A stretch of DNA of 51,204 bases from Candidatus Woesearchaeota archaeon (GCA_013330595.1 DUIB01000063.1:1-51204); one strand, 5' to 3'. Positions 18,512 to 29,313 are shown, counted from the stretch's first letter. The notes: a model not told the origin generated them from the sequence alone. Program-made: numbers and translations.

Positions 18512-19801
18512 ATGAAAAATATATTATTGATATTTTTTGTTCTTGCAGTAGTAGGAGGATTTGCTTTTGCAGAAAGAGGTGGATCCGGCAATTCGAATAA
18601 TTCAACCACTGAGTGCGTGATTAATGATGACTGCGATGCAGATGAGATTTGCATAGATGGAGAGTGTGAAGACAATGATCTTGGGAATAGATCCAGTGAA
18701 AATGAATGCACTGCAGATACAGACTGCACAAATGGAAAAGTGTGCATCAATGGTGAATGCGAGAGATTTGAAAACGAAACAGAAGATAATGATAAGAATG
18801 AAACAGAGGATGAATGCTCTGTCAATACAGATTGCGATGCAGATAAGATTTGTTTAAATGGAGAATGTGAAGATGCTGATGAAAACGAAACAGAAGATAA
18901 TGATGAGAATGAAACAGATGATAATTCAACTGGTAGAGTGAGATGGCTTAAGGATTGTGTTGATGATTCAGCAATGAGGAACTTAAATGAATTAGCAATG
19001 AAATTAAGACAGGCAGAAGTTAGGGGAGATCAGGAAGAGATTATCGAACTTAAAGCACAAATAGAGAAGTTGAACTTAAAAGTCAGAACAAGAACAGAAG
19101 AATGCAAGCAAAGAAACATGAACCTAGGGCTCTTTGTTAGTCAAGCAGTCAAGGATAAGAATGGAAGTGCTTCTGGAATTGTTGAATATTATAAGCTTAA
19201 ACTATCTGAAATATCCCAAGAGGATAATTTGACTTTAAGGCTTGATATGCTTAGGGCATTAAGGCAAGAAGTAGACGCAGAAATAAGAAGCATTATGGAA
19301 AACAAGAGAGAAATCAGACAGGAAGAGATGAAGGATCTTGTTGAAAAATTCGAAATAAGAAGAGACAAGATAAAAGCAGATGATGTTGAGGTTGATTCTG
19401 ATAACAGGACAATAATAACTGAGATCAATGGAAAGGAAGTAGAAATCAAGGTATTGAACAGGCAGATTAAGATAAAAGTTGAAGGAACAGAAGTTGATGC
19501 ATCAGAGATAACGCTTGAAAACAATACTTTATTCTATAATGGGACTGCAATAAAGACATTGCCTTCAGATGCATTGTTCAGATACAAGATAAAAGCCAAA
19601 GAGATGGAGCTTGAACAAAAAGAGGATAGATTGATCTATAAGGTCAAATACGAACAAAGGAAAAAAGTGCTTGGATTGTTCAAGGCAAAGGCACAGAGAG
19701 AAGCTGAGATAGATTCATCTGATGGGAACAAGCTAGAAGATAAAGGCCCATGGTGGATCTTTTTAGCAACCAATGACAAATCTGTAGAGACTGCTGAATA
19801 A
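18512..19801 (+). CDS. Secreted/surface protein with three Cys-rich repeats
   Basis: GAGGTG SD then MKNILL signal peptide; three ECxxxxDCxxxxxCxxGEC repeats; many N-x-S/T sequons; 39-nt DNA repeat at 18769 and 18880. Confidence 0.8.
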   Translation: MKNILLIFFVLAVVGGFAFAERGGSGNSNNSTTECVINDDCDADEICIDGECEDNDLGNRSSENECTADTDCTNGKVCINGECERFENETEDNDKNETEDECSVNTDCDADKICLNGECEDADENETEDNDENETDDNSTGRVRWLKDCVDDSAMRNLNELAMKLRQAEVRGDQEEIIELKAQIEKLNLKVRTRTEECKQRNMNLGLFVSQAVKDKNGSASGIVEYYKLKLSEISQEDNLTLRLDMLRALRQEVDAEIRSIMENKREIRQEEMKDLVEKFEIRRDKIKADDVEVDSDNRTIITEINGKEVEIKVLNRQIKIKVEGTEVDASEITLENNTLFYNGTAIKTLPSDALFRYKIKAKEMELEQKEDRLIYKVKYEQRKKVLGLFKAKAQREAEIDSSDGNKLEDKGPWWIFLATNDKSVETAE

Positions 19802-19841
19802 TCCATAAGATTTTTATACTAACTTTATTTTTTTATTTCTT

Positions 19842-20321
19842 GTGAAAAACCGTCTAGTAGGGATAATCATAGTTATTTTTGCAGCTTTGATGGGATTCAT
19901 GATTTGGCTGTTCAATAAGGCATTAAGCGAGATAGTCAATGTATCATGCAGTCATGGCCCTACATGCCCTATGTGGGAATCAATAAGGTTTCAAACTAAT
20001 CTAAGCATAGGGATAATGACTGCTGTTGCATTGCTTGGACTATATTTTATGTTCTTTGCAAAAGATGAATCAGCCAAGGAATTGAAACCGAAGAAAATTG
20101 AGAAGAAAGATTATTCAGCAGTATTAAAGGAATTAAGTGATGAAGAACGACATGTCGTACATAAATTGATAGATGCTCAAGGATCATTATTCCAATCAGA
20201 TCTAGTAGATGAGAAACACACTAAAGTCAAGGTGACGAGAATTCTTGACAGGCTAGAAGGCAAAGGCCTGATCGAGCGCAAAAGGCGTGGAATGACTAAT
20301 GTCGTGCTGTTGAAGCATTGA
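19842..20321 (+). CDS. Membrane-anchored winged-helix (MarR-like) protein
   Basis: Two TM helices around a CSHGPTC loop; C-terminal QSDLV...KVTRILDRLEGKGLIERKRRGMTNVV. Confidence 0.85.
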   Translation: MKNRLVGIIIVIFAALMGFMIWLFNKALSEIVNVSCSHGPTCPMWESIRFQTNLSIGIMTAVALLGLYFMFFAKDESAKELKPKKIEKKDYSAVLKELSDEERHVVHKLIDAQGSLFQSDLVDEKHTKVKVTRILDRLEGKGLIERKRRGMTNVVLLKH

Positions 20322-20373
20322 TTCTAAAATTAACAGACAAGAATTATTTAAGATTTTTTGTTAATACTGAAAT

Positions 20374-21210
20374 TTATCTCTTCAGTTTTTTCACATCCTT
20401 GTTTTTAGGAAGAAAGTTCTCATCAGTGACTATGCTCTTTCCGGTTTTTTCTTCTAATTCTGTTCGCGCATTCTTTGCAATATTGCCGCCTTTCTTGCTT
20501 GCCACTTTATTTTCATTCATTCCTTCAGCATTCATTGTCTCGGCAATCTGCCTTGTTGATAATTCAGCTAATGCAGTAAAGATTAATTCTGCTTCAGTCA
20601 TGTGATCCCTGAGATTTTGAGATTTTAATTCCTTCAGCTTTTTATGGTCTTTAACACTTAGTCCTGTCCATTCCTGATGGATGATGCTGGTCAGTATGGC
20701 ATATTCCTCTTCTTTTGTTATTTGATGATCTTTCCAATAATCTGTGAGCTTGTTTCTTGTTTCCTGGCCCATCATTCTCTGCCGGATCCATTTATTACTT
20801 CTTCCAAGTTTCTGCCAATTCTCTCTAGCACGATTCAATGATAAAGAAGGATCTGCAATCTCCTTAATACGCTCATAACCAACTTTAGCTAGCCATAACT
20901 TAATAGGTTCAGCTTTTGGAGAAGGCACTGACTGGATGATACGCAATAATACTTCTGGATTAGCAACATCTGTCAAATAGCTCTTACCATCTGAAGCCGG
21001 TAACTTCAGTTGGTCACATTTTGTGACCACCTCACTTCCCTCTTCCTTTAAGCGATTTTTGAGAGTTGTCCAATAACTTTGAGCACGCCCGTGGTCTTTC
21101 TGCTGTATCAATACTGCAATAATATCCACAACTGAAAAATACCATGTTTCGGTCCTTTCATCATAATGCCTTCGTATCTTAAAATTCTCAAATAATGCCA
21201 GGTCAGTCAT
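20374..21210 (-). CDS. BRO-N domain protein (antirepressor-like)
   Basis: IRRHYD...WYFSVVDII, LKLPASDGKSYLTD, RIIQSVPSPKAEPIKLWLA, NLRDHMT. Confidence 0.9.
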   Translation of the reverse strand: MTDLALFENFKIRRHYDERTETWYFSVVDIIAVLIQQKDHGRAQSYWTTLKNRLKEEGSEVVTKCDQLKLPASDGKSYLTDVANPEVLLRIIQSVPSPKAEPIKLWLAKVGYERIKEIADPSLSLNRARENWQKLGRSNKWIRQRMMGQETRNKLTDYWKDHQITKEEEYAILTSIIHQEWTGLSVKDHKKLKELKSQNLRDHMTEAELIFTALAELSTRQIAETMNAEGMNENKVASKKGGNIAKNARTELEEKTGKSIVTDENFLPKNKDVKKLKR

Positions 21211-21306
21211 TTTAACACCCCTTGAGCAGATAATATGATCATCGAAGAAACACTAATCTATTCATAAATCTTACGCGAGCATGTCTAGTGAAGTGATTAG
21301 AAAGTC

Positions 21307-21395
21307 TGGGCGGGGCTATTGCTGTCTGGGTGATCTGCGTGGGTCGATTTCCACTGCAAGACACTTCCTTATTTTTCACACGATATCACACCATT
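21307..21395. repeat. 89-bp direct repeat, left copy
   Basis: Matches 27735-27823 except at about 8 positions. Confidence 0.95.
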
Positions 21396-21518
21396 TGAGA
21401 TATATTATATCAAATATTTTTGATTTTGGGAGAGATAAATGTATTAATATTTTTAATAATATTTTTCGACTTTTGAACCGTAAACTTTATTAATCAGTGA
21501 CTATTGCTAGATAGTAAC

Positions 21519-22421
21519 ATGAAAGTTGCGCTTATTAAGGATAATTCAGCACCTTTTGATACAAGAAATTGGCACGATATTTACGCAGAGCACTTTCGTG
21601 ATATGGGTGTATCTACAGTTTTTCTAGATCCAAACAAAAGTTCTTTCATTGATGATGCTGTAAGCACTGCTTGCGGTGCATATTTATGGAGGGTATGGCA
21701 TGTCCCGCAGGATCGTATAGATGCAACAAGAAAAATACGTTTCTTGGAGAAAGAATGCGGTCTTCTTATGTTTCCTACTCATAGGATGTTAGAAGATTAT
21801 GATGATAAAGCAAGCGAATTATTTTTTATGCGCAAACAAAAATATCCAATTCCCGAAACATTTTTTACGCGCTCTAGTGAAGAAGCTAAAGATTATTGTC
21901 AAACATGTGCTTTACCAATAGTATCTAAAGCATATGATGGTGCTTCAGGTGATAATGTTCGTTTGCTTAATAATCGGGATTCATTAATTTCCCATGTAAA
22001 TGATGCATTCAGTCAAACTGGGATAAAAACACATTTTTCAGGAAGCGTTCAACAAGGATATATATTCCTACAAAAATATATTCCTTGTAAAAAAGACATG
22101 AAAATTATAGTAATAGGTGAAGAAGTCGCTTTAAGCTATTGGCGAAAAGGTTTAGAGTGGAAACATAATATAAGCAGTGGTGGAAGTATAGATACTACGC
22201 CTATACCTGAGCAAGCTAAACAATTAGCTGTTCAAATAACAAAAGATCTTAAATATGATTGGTGTGGACTAGATTTTATAGAACATGACAATCGTATATT
22301 TCTTATAGAGTATGGTTCTATGTTTGCCATTACGCCTAGATTTATTCCCATCTTTGGAAGTATAGATGCAGATATGTTACGAAAACAATGCGAATTGGTT
22401 GTTAAGAGGATAAAAAAATGA
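21519..22421 (+). CDS. RimK-like ATP-grasp ligase (ATG 21519; TTG 21504 alternative)
   Basis: DDK, PIPETF, PIVSKAYDGASGDNV, QKYIP, WKHNISSGG, GLDFI...LIE. Confidence 0.88.
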   Translation: MKVALIKDNSAPFDTRNWHDIYAEHFRDMGVSTVFLDPNKSSFIDDAVSTACGAYLWRVWHVPQDRIDATRKIRFLEKECGLLMFPTHRMLEDYDDKASELFFMRKQKYPIPETFFTRSSEEAKDYCQTCALPIVSKAYDGASGDNVRLLNNRDSLISHVNDAFSQTGIKTHFSGSVQQGYIFLQKYIPCKKDMKIIVIGEEVALSYWRKGLEWKHNISSGGSIDTTPIPEQAKQLAVQITKDLKYDWCGLDFIEHDNRIFLIEYGSMFAITPRFIPIFGSIDADMLRKQCELVVKRIKK

Positions 22422-23437
22422 TACGGTATGGCATTATAGGTTATGGTGATGCAGGAATGGTGCATCAAAAAGTTATTTCCAGACTTTCGAATATAGCAGA
22501 ACTAACAGCAATTTATGATATTGATGAGAACAAAAAAGAAATGATCGAAAATAAGTTGAATGGTGTTTTTGCTGTAGATAATATTAATCAATTATTAAAG
22601 TATGTAGATGCAGTGTCTATATGCACCCCGCATAATACACACTATAAACTAGCAGAGGAATTACTATTGAATGGGAAAGATGTTCTAATAGAGAAACCTG
22701 TTGCTATAAAATTAGATGATGCGCAAAAATTGGCGTATATTGCACAACAAGAAAACCGTGTGACAGCCACTATATTTCAACATAGGTATGAACCAGTAAA
22801 TGTTTGGATTAAAGAGCATTTGGACTTAGGAAAATTAGGAGACCTATTAAGTATCTCTGTCCAGATTAAATGGTCCAAACATTCAAATTATTATGATTCT
22901 TGGAAAGGAAAATTAGATGAAGCAGGAGGAGGAGTTCTAATTAATCAAGCAATTCATTTTATAGATTTAGCTAATTGGTTCGGAGATGGCATAAAAGAAG
23001 TATATACAAATAATATTCAGCACAGATCTATAGAAGTTGAAGATAACGCCATAGTTTCTCTAAAATTTAAATCTGATGCTATAGGATTAATAGATGCATC
23101 AACCTCTGCCCAGAAACATATTGGGACCACAGTAGAAATTGTTGGTACAAAAGACACCATAAAAACTTATGAAGGAAGAATACTTGCTTGGACATCAAAA
23201 TCCGATAATGATATAGTTAATATGAATGCGCACATAGCTAGTATAGATGCTGAAACATGGGGTAAAAAATATTTTGGTCATGGACATATATATCAAATAG
23301 AAGAATTTGTTAAAAGATGTATAGATAGAATGCCCCCACAGATAGGAGTCTTAGAAGGTGCCAAAACTCTTGCAGTAGTATTAAGCATGTATGAAAGTAT
23401 GCGATTGAAACAACCAGTCAAGGTGAACTATCTATGA
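22418..23437 (+). CDS. Gfo/Idh/MocA NAD(P)-dependent sugar oxidoreductase
   Basis: GIIGYGDAG, ICTPHNTH, LIEKP, GGGVLINQAIHFID, EVED. Confidence 0.93.
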   Translation: MIRYGIIGYGDAGMVHQKVISRLSNIAELTAIYDIDENKKEMIENKLNGVFAVDNINQLLKYVDAVSICTPHNTHYKLAEELLLNGKDVLIEKPVAIKLDDAQKLAYIAQQENRVTATIFQHRYEPVNVWIKEHLDLGKLGDLLSISVQIKWSKHSNYYDSWKGKLDEAGGGVLINQAIHFIDLANWFGDGIKEVYTNNIQHRSIEVEDNAIVSLKFKSDAIGLIDASTSAQKHIGTTVEIVGTKDTIKTYEGRILAWTSKSDNDIVNMNAHIASIDAETWGKKYFGHGHIYQIEEFVKRCIDRMPPQIGVLEGAKTLAVVLSMYESMRLKQPVKVNYL

Positions 23438-24534
23438 AAATAGAACCATACCAAAAGGATGCTCTAATAAAATATATTAATCAAGAAGGATCTTGCTCAT
23501 CACCAAGCTGTGAAGGAGCAATCGCAACTTTTGAAAAAAGTATTGCAGAATATTTTAAAAGAAAATATGTTTTACTAACAGTAAATGGAACAAGCGCTCT
23601 TATGTTAGCATATTTATCTACAGGAGTGTCTCGCAACACGCCTGTGATAGTACCACAATATGCGCACTATGCCGCAATTCATCCTCTTAAAAATATAACT
23701 GATAAAATAATTCCTATTCCTGTTGACTCAGAGACACTAGAAATGAATATAGAATTAGTGGGAAAGGCTTTCAAAAAACTTCATAATGCCCCTAAACCAG
23801 CTCTTCTTAATGTAGTAATGACAGGATTCTGTACGAACAGCACAAATCTAAGAAAACTTTGTGATACATATGATGCAATATATATAGAGGATTGCAGTAG
23901 GGCATATCTTTGTAACGATGATGGAATATTAGGTACTAAAGGCGATGTTAGTTGTTTCTCAATGCAGGGTAGCAAAGCACTTTGTGCTGGTGAAGGCGGA
24001 TTATTCTTAACAGATAATCAAAGCAATTATGAACATGCTGTTCAACTAGCCTTTCCTGGTAGAACAAAACACACAGGAACAATAAATGAGAATACTTTTG
24101 AATCATCTATATACCCTTTTAAGCTTAGACCTAGTCCTATAATTGCTGTCATTGCGCATTCGCAATTACCTTATCTTGAGGAACGTGTAAATAATTCAAG
24201 AAAAAATCTAAAATTGCTTGCAGACGCCCTTGAAGAGAATATGGATTTAAATGTAATTCATAAGGAATCTATACATAAAAAAGGAGGATGGAAAGATGCA
24301 TGCATAAAATGTCAAGATGCCGAATATGCAACACATTTTGTGTCAATACTTAAAAATATTGGTGTGCAAGCTAGATTAGAGTTCTCCGATGCTTTTGTAG
24401 ATATAGATGATTATTCTATCTATTCTAATTTGGTTTTATTAGAAGGATTTAGTGGCTACAAAAAAGCAGATGAAAATCATATTAACCAAATAAATAAAAT
24501 AGCTACAGCTGCAAAAATGTTAAAAGGAAAATAA
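23434..24534 (+). CDS. DegT/DnrJ/EryC1/StrS PLP aminotransferase
   Basis: NGTSAL, IEDCS, CFSMQGSKALCAGEGG. Confidence 0.92.
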   Translation: MKIEPYQKDALIKYINQEGSCSSPSCEGAIATFEKSIAEYFKRKYVLLTVNGTSALMLAYLSTGVSRNTPVIVPQYAHYAAIHPLKNITDKIIPIPVDSETLEMNIELVGKAFKKLHNAPKPALLNVVMTGFCTNSTNLRKLCDTYDAIYIEDCSRAYLCNDDGILGTKGDVSCFSMQGSKALCAGEGGLFLTDNQSNYEHAVQLAFPGRTKHTGTINENTFESSIYPFKLRPSPIIAVIAHSQLPYLEERVNNSRKNLKLLADALEENMDLNVIHKESIHKKGGWKDACIKCQDAEYATHFVSILKNIGVQARLEFSDAFVDIDDYSIYSNLVLLEGFSGYKKADENHINQINKIATAAKMLKGK

Positions 24535-24535
24535 A

Positions 24536-25915
24536 ATGAATGGATCTCAAGAAATACTAATATTATCATTAGGTCCCGTCTTTAGGAATTATGTACATGG
24601 GGGATCGCAAAAGATATTGCGAGATGTAGCCGTATATTTAGGAAAATCTAATAATGTAACAATATTGTGTAATCGTAGAAGAGATAATAAAGACACATTT
24701 ATGCTCGGAGAAAATGTAACTGTAAAACCTATACTACAATTTAAAGAAACTTTTCCCGAAGCATATAATGCACCACCATATAAACTTGCATTCTCACGCG
24801 AAATAATAAAAAATCATGTTACGAAAAGCGATGTTGTATATATGCATGACGCAGGTATACTATTTCATGATATATTTGATGATGTACCATTAGTGATATC
24901 TCCAAGAGACTTTCTATATCCTGAGACTCTCCTTGGTGTTTTGAATTTTAAAAGAGATAAAATGATTGTGACAACACAATACATGAAGGACTGTGTTCTT
25001 GCATTAACTGATTCAGTATCAAATTTAGAGAATAAAATCGAAGTGATACCTAACGGAGTAAATTCTGAACTTTTTCATTATAAGAATCCATCATCATTAA
25101 GAAACGAATTAGGAATTAAAGACACTGTAACCCTCTTATATCCTCATAGAACTCCAACCAAAGGTTTACCTTTTGCTTTAGAAGTAACGAAAAGACTTAT
25201 ATCTGAAGGCATGAATGTGGCACTTCTTATTCCAAACTATATAGATTCATTAATAAATGAGGATATAAAGAACACATATAAAATTCTAAAGAAAACTATT
25301 ACTGCATGGAATCTTGATTCTTATGTTTTTATACATGATTGGATACCTCAAGAGAGAATGCCTGAATATTATTCTCTAGGAGATGTTACTTTATGTTTAG
25401 GTACTTTTCCTGAATCTTTTGGGAATGTTACACTCGAATCTCTTATGTGCGGCACTCCTGTAGTAGCTTCTAAGGTTGCAGCTCAAAGAGAAGTGATTCC
25501 TGATTCGATGATGCCGAAAGTTGATCCATTTAATGTTGAAGAAATGACAAACCTTACAAAGAAATTTATTGCTAATAAACCTGACTTGCGAGATGTTCGT
25601 CAATATATATTGGATAAATATAATTATGTTAATATGCTTGAAGGATATTCACAAGTATTGAGATCTTTCGGAACAAGAATCAAAAACACTCAATCAGATA
25701 ATTTTTCACATTCTTTTCTTAAAATAGCTCCCTGGTGCTATTTGAAAAATGATGGTATTTATAATGATTATACAGAAAATACTGCTTATCCTGATATAGC
25801 TGTTGCATTTGCAAATGGAGATCGCGTATCCTATAACTCGTTAAAAGATTTAGTAAATCCAAAAAGAATATCTGATGCATTATTAGAAGGATTTATTAGA
25901 GGATCAAATGCTTGA
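24536..25915 (+). CDS. GT4 glycosyltransferase
   Basis: GGSQK, VIPNGV, KG, ESFGNVTLESLMCGTPVV (Ex7E). Confidence 0.92.
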   Translation: MNGSQEILILSLGPVFRNYVHGGSQKILRDVAVYLGKSNNVTILCNRRRDNKDTFMLGENVTVKPILQFKETFPEAYNAPPYKLAFSREIIKNHVTKSDVVYMHDAGILFHDIFDDVPLVISPRDFLYPETLLGVLNFKRDKMIVTTQYMKDCVLALTDSVSNLENKIEVIPNGVNSELFHYKNPSSLRNELGIKDTVTLLYPHRTPTKGLPFALEVTKRLISEGMNVALLIPNYIDSLINEDIKNTYKILKKTITAWNLDSYVFIHDWIPQERMPEYYSLGDVTLCLGTFPESFGNVTLESLMCGTPVVASKVAAQREVIPDSMMPKVDPFNVEEMTNLTKKFIANKPDLRDVRQYILDKYNYVNMLEGYSQVLRSFGTRIKNTQSDNFSHSFLKIAPWCYLKNDGIYNDYTENTAYPDIAVAFANGDRVSYNSLKDLVNPKRISDALLEGFIRGSNA

Positions 25916-26912
25916 AGACTTATGTATACATATAGGAAATCGAAACGGACTAAAGACTTTAACATCTAACAAGTCAAGATTATATTACCTATTTTCATCA
26001 CTCATTAAACATGTTCCAAATATAAATCATGCAGAAGTATTATTTTCTGATAATGAATCAGAAGATGATTCCTGCAATTTTTTCAAAAAATTAGGAATAG
26101 GAACAATTGTAAATCGTCCAATTATAAGAGTTGAACCTAAATGGTTACAAACAACACTAAATAATCAACTAAACATATCCGATGCAATACAACAGACAAA
26201 CAAAAAGTTTTTTTGGAATATTGAAAACGATAGCTACTTTTTTCGCTCAGAATTTATACAGCAAGCATTAGATGTACTATCAACTCGAGAAGACATTGTA
26301 ATTGTGAACCTTAGATACTGGATATCATTAGATAAAAAAGATTGGATAGGAATCCCAAAAAATCTTTCTAGGTATGATGCCTGTTCGAAAACTCCATCAG
26401 GTACTACGTTTTATGAACTTGAAAGACGAGATTGTGATGTTTTATGGATTGATGTAACGAACGATATTTCACAAGATTTTTGTTTTGATGATAAATATGA
26501 TCCTATGCATTGTGTGTTGTCTGACGAACTTAAAGTTGGTAATATAAGAAATACTCCTGATGGTAAATATCAACGATTACTTAACGAGCATTGGAACACA
26601 TATGCTAGTCATGGATATATCGCACGTACAGATACGCTACGTTTTATTATTGAACGATATCAACCATTATCAGAGCGGAATATGTCTATGATGGTTCGTA
26701 AGCATTTCAAGGCAGCTAAGTTAGAGATGGATGCCTTTTTTTCATTCGGTTGGAATAAACGAGTTCAGAATGTTAATGAAAAAGATATAGAAAAAATGAT
26801 TTTATATTGTGAAAATACCCCTTGTTCATCAATGAAAGAAATCGGAACATTTATTAATTCATCGAATGTAACAATTTATAATGAAAGTCAATCGCGTGTA
26901 TCAATACTCTGA
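25908..26912 (+). CDS. Putative GT-A-fold (GT2-like) protein
   Basis: LFSDNES and WNIEND in GT2-like positions; operon context. Confidence 0.5.
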   Translation: MLEDLCIHIGNRNGLKTLTSNKSRLYYLFSSLIKHVPNINHAEVLFSDNESEDDSCNFFKKLGIGTIVNRPIIRVEPKWLQTTLNNQLNISDAIQQTNKKFFWNIENDSYFFRSEFIQQALDVLSTREDIVIVNLRYWISLDKKDWIGIPKNLSRYDACSKTPSGTTFYELERRDCDVLWIDVTNDISQDFCFDDKYDPMHCVLSDELKVGNIRNTPDGKYQRLLNEHWNTYASHGYIARTDTLRFIIERYQPLSERNMSMMVRKHFKAAKLEMDAFFSFGWNKRVQNVNEKDIEKMILYCENTPCSSMKEIGTFINSSNVTIYNESQSRVSIL

Positions 26913-27612
26913 TGAGTTTACAGGAAAACTGGCATCTTACGATAAAAGGAAGAAGCCTTCTTGGATACAATTCGAATCTGATATAAAAATTCAATTCTTA
27001 AGAGCTGATCATGAGGGTGTTCAATACTGGTATAGAAGATATTTTCAAGATTATTTCTTAATTTTGAATGCTACACCAAATGATTATGCTTCATACTATG
27101 ATGAGATAGCGCACTCTTACGACACAATGGTGCCTCAGAATGTGCAACTTGCAGATTTTATAATCGAAAAAATGCATACTCTCATAGCTAAAAATGCACA
27201 TATTCTTGAATTATCAGCAGGTACAGGTATTCTTTCGAAAAAAATAGTGCCTGAATGGTCTAACCTTACAATTACAGATATATCCCCTAAATGTCTTGAG
27301 ATTGCAAAAACAGAAACTCATTTGTCAGATGAAAATATTATAGTAGCAGATGTTTTGAAATTCAATACAGAAAAGAAATTTGATGCCATAGTTGAGTTAA
27401 TGGGTTTGGATTATTTTTCTGACGATGAGATAGAAAAAATAGCAAATAATGTCTTGTCTAAAATCCATAAAAATGGGGTATTAGTATTTGTTGATAGACA
27501 TCATTATTCTTCTTTCGAAAAAAGATTAAAAGTATTAGAAAAGGGTTTTTTTGATATGGAGACTCCTACAGGTAAATTTCCTTATGCATACATGATCGCA
27601 ATTAAAGAATAA
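26881..27612 (+). CDS. Class I SAM-dependent methyltransferase
   Basis: YYDEIAHSYD, ILELSAGTG, TDISPKCL, ADV, FDAI. Confidence 0.9.
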   Translation: MKVNRVYQYSDEFTGKLASYDKRKKPSWIQFESDIKIQFLRADHEGVQYWYRRYFQDYFLILNATPNDYASYYDEIAHSYDTMVPQNVQLADFIIEKMHTLIAKNAHILELSAGTGILSKKIVPEWSNLTITDISPKCLEIAKTETHLSDENIIVADVLKFNTEKKFDAIVELMGLDYFSDDEIEKIANNVLSKIHKNGVLVFVDRHHYSSFEKRLKVLEKGFFDMETPTGKFPYAYMIAIKE

Positions 27613-27734
27613 TATACATTTTTATTAATAACCCTGTTCGGATTCGTATTCCTTTGTGCTTGGGTGTGTCGTAACCCTGCAACTTATTGTTAAAAATCTG
27701 TTTTTCTTCGACGATAGTACGTCGTTCTCGGATT

Positions 27735-27823
27735 TGGGCAGGGCTATTGCTGTCTGGGTGATCCTGCAGGGTCGATTTCCACTGCGGGACACTTCCTTAT
27801 TTTTCACACGATATCACACCATT
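27735..27823. repeat. 89-bp direct repeat, right copy
   Basis: Matches 21307-21395. Confidence 0.95.
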
Positions 27824-28095
27824 CTACAGAAAACTACGAAAAAAATATAAATCGACTATTCTTCTCACGTTTTACGATTAAAACCGTTATTTTTCAATCT
27901 AAATGATGTAATTACTGTGGTTTATGAACAATTGCCAGAGCTAATATACAATAAAAGAAACAATCTCCACTCGTAATTGACAAGACCAAGGCAATAGAAA
28001 TCATTGAAGAGATGAAACTTACACGTTTCCAAAAGCTTAAATGAAATAATGAAAAGGTATTTTCGATACTATGCGAAAGAAATAAAACGAATGAC

Positions 28096-29313
28096 GTGAT
28101 AAAGAACAAACCAATACACATATTGATTGCTATATTCTCTACTTTAGTGACAACACTCATTCAGATTCTGATTTCGTTATTGCAAAAAATATTTCTAGGA
28201 ATTATTGACATAGTACTATTATTTTTGTTTTTTTGGAAAATATTGCATTATCCCATAGCAAAAACTATTATTATAGTAATACTGATAGAAACCGTATTAA
28301 TTTTGCTAAGCAACATTAAATTATATATAGAAAGTATCCAAACTGAATATTTTTCTGTGCTAGATGGTTTCAGATTTCAACAAATAATAACACAGAATTC
28401 TAAAGATAAGGAAAGACCGCATACGTCACCAAGAATCACCATAAATAAAGAACAATATATTGTTATAGAGTATGGAGATTATATTAATCCTAATAGAAGT
28501 GAAAATGTTACAGGATTTTTGATTTTGGATCATAAAACAGGTAGAATCATAAGAAATGAAAATGAATTAAAGGATGTTATAAAAGTTTACAAATGTTGGA
28601 GGTACATCTATCTCAATCCATTATTAGGCAAAAAAATAAAACTATCACCGCAGATCATTAAAAGTATGCTTAAATTTCAAAATAATTTTGTGAGTTTGAT
28701 AAATAAAAGAATATCAAATAATTACAAAGAAGTATCAACTATTGAGGATGAAGAGTTAATCAACATGTTGAAAGAACTAGATCAACAAGTAATTCTTCAA
28801 TACCAGTACGTGAAGGAAAAACTAGAAAGGGAATATAAACTACTTAAGGCAATTACTATCATACATAGCAATCCATCTCTAGAATTCTATCAAGAAATAA
28901 TAAATGATATTAATATAGTATCTAAAATGAGTCAAGAAGAAAACAAAATATGGCAAGAAAGACAAAAAACTTGGAGAAAATTATATAAATACGAAAAAAT
29001 AAAAATAGAAAAATTACCAGAACCGAACTATAAATCAATAAGTTTAGGAATAATTGGAGATTTAATAAACTATTTCTTATTTAAAAAAGAAGAATACCCT
29101 ATAAGTAAAGATACCATGATAGAACTAACAATGGAAGGAAGTAAAAAAACAAAAAAAGAATTAATGAAATTATTAAACAAATATGTGACATATCATTTTT
29201 TTGGCATAAAGGCTATTGAAAAAAATATTGAATTAAATAACGAACTTAAAAAAATAAGAGACACATATAACCAAATCTGGAGTTATAATGATATATCAAA
29301 TGTGCGAAATTAA
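28096..29313 (+). CDS. Hypothetical membrane-anchored protein
   Basis: N-terminal hydrophobic segments, then a helical soluble domain; very AT-rich. Confidence 0.65.
   Translation: MIKNKPIHILIAIFSTLVTTLIQILISLLQKIFLGIIDIVLLFLFFWKILHYPIAKTIIIVILIETVLILLSNIKLYIESIQTEYFSVLDGFRFQQIITQNSKDKERPHTSPRITINKEQYIVIEYGDYINPNRSENVTGFLILDHKTGRIIRNENELKDVIKVYKCWRYIYLNPLLGKKIKLSPQIIKSMLKFQNNFVSLINKRISNNYKEVSTIEDEELINMLKELDQQVILQYQYVKEKLEREYKLLKAITIIHSNPSLEFYQEIINDINIVSKMSQEENKIWQERQKTWRKLYKYEKIKIEKLPEPNYKSISLGIIGDLINYFLFKKEEYPISKDTMIELTMEGSKKTKKELMKLLNKYVTYHFFGIKAIEKNIELNNELKKIRDTYNQIWSYNDISNVRN

Noticed and set aside
21281-21493. Short ORFs across the 89-bp repeats (also 27625-27850)
   Set aside because: They derive from the non-coding repeat and show no protein features
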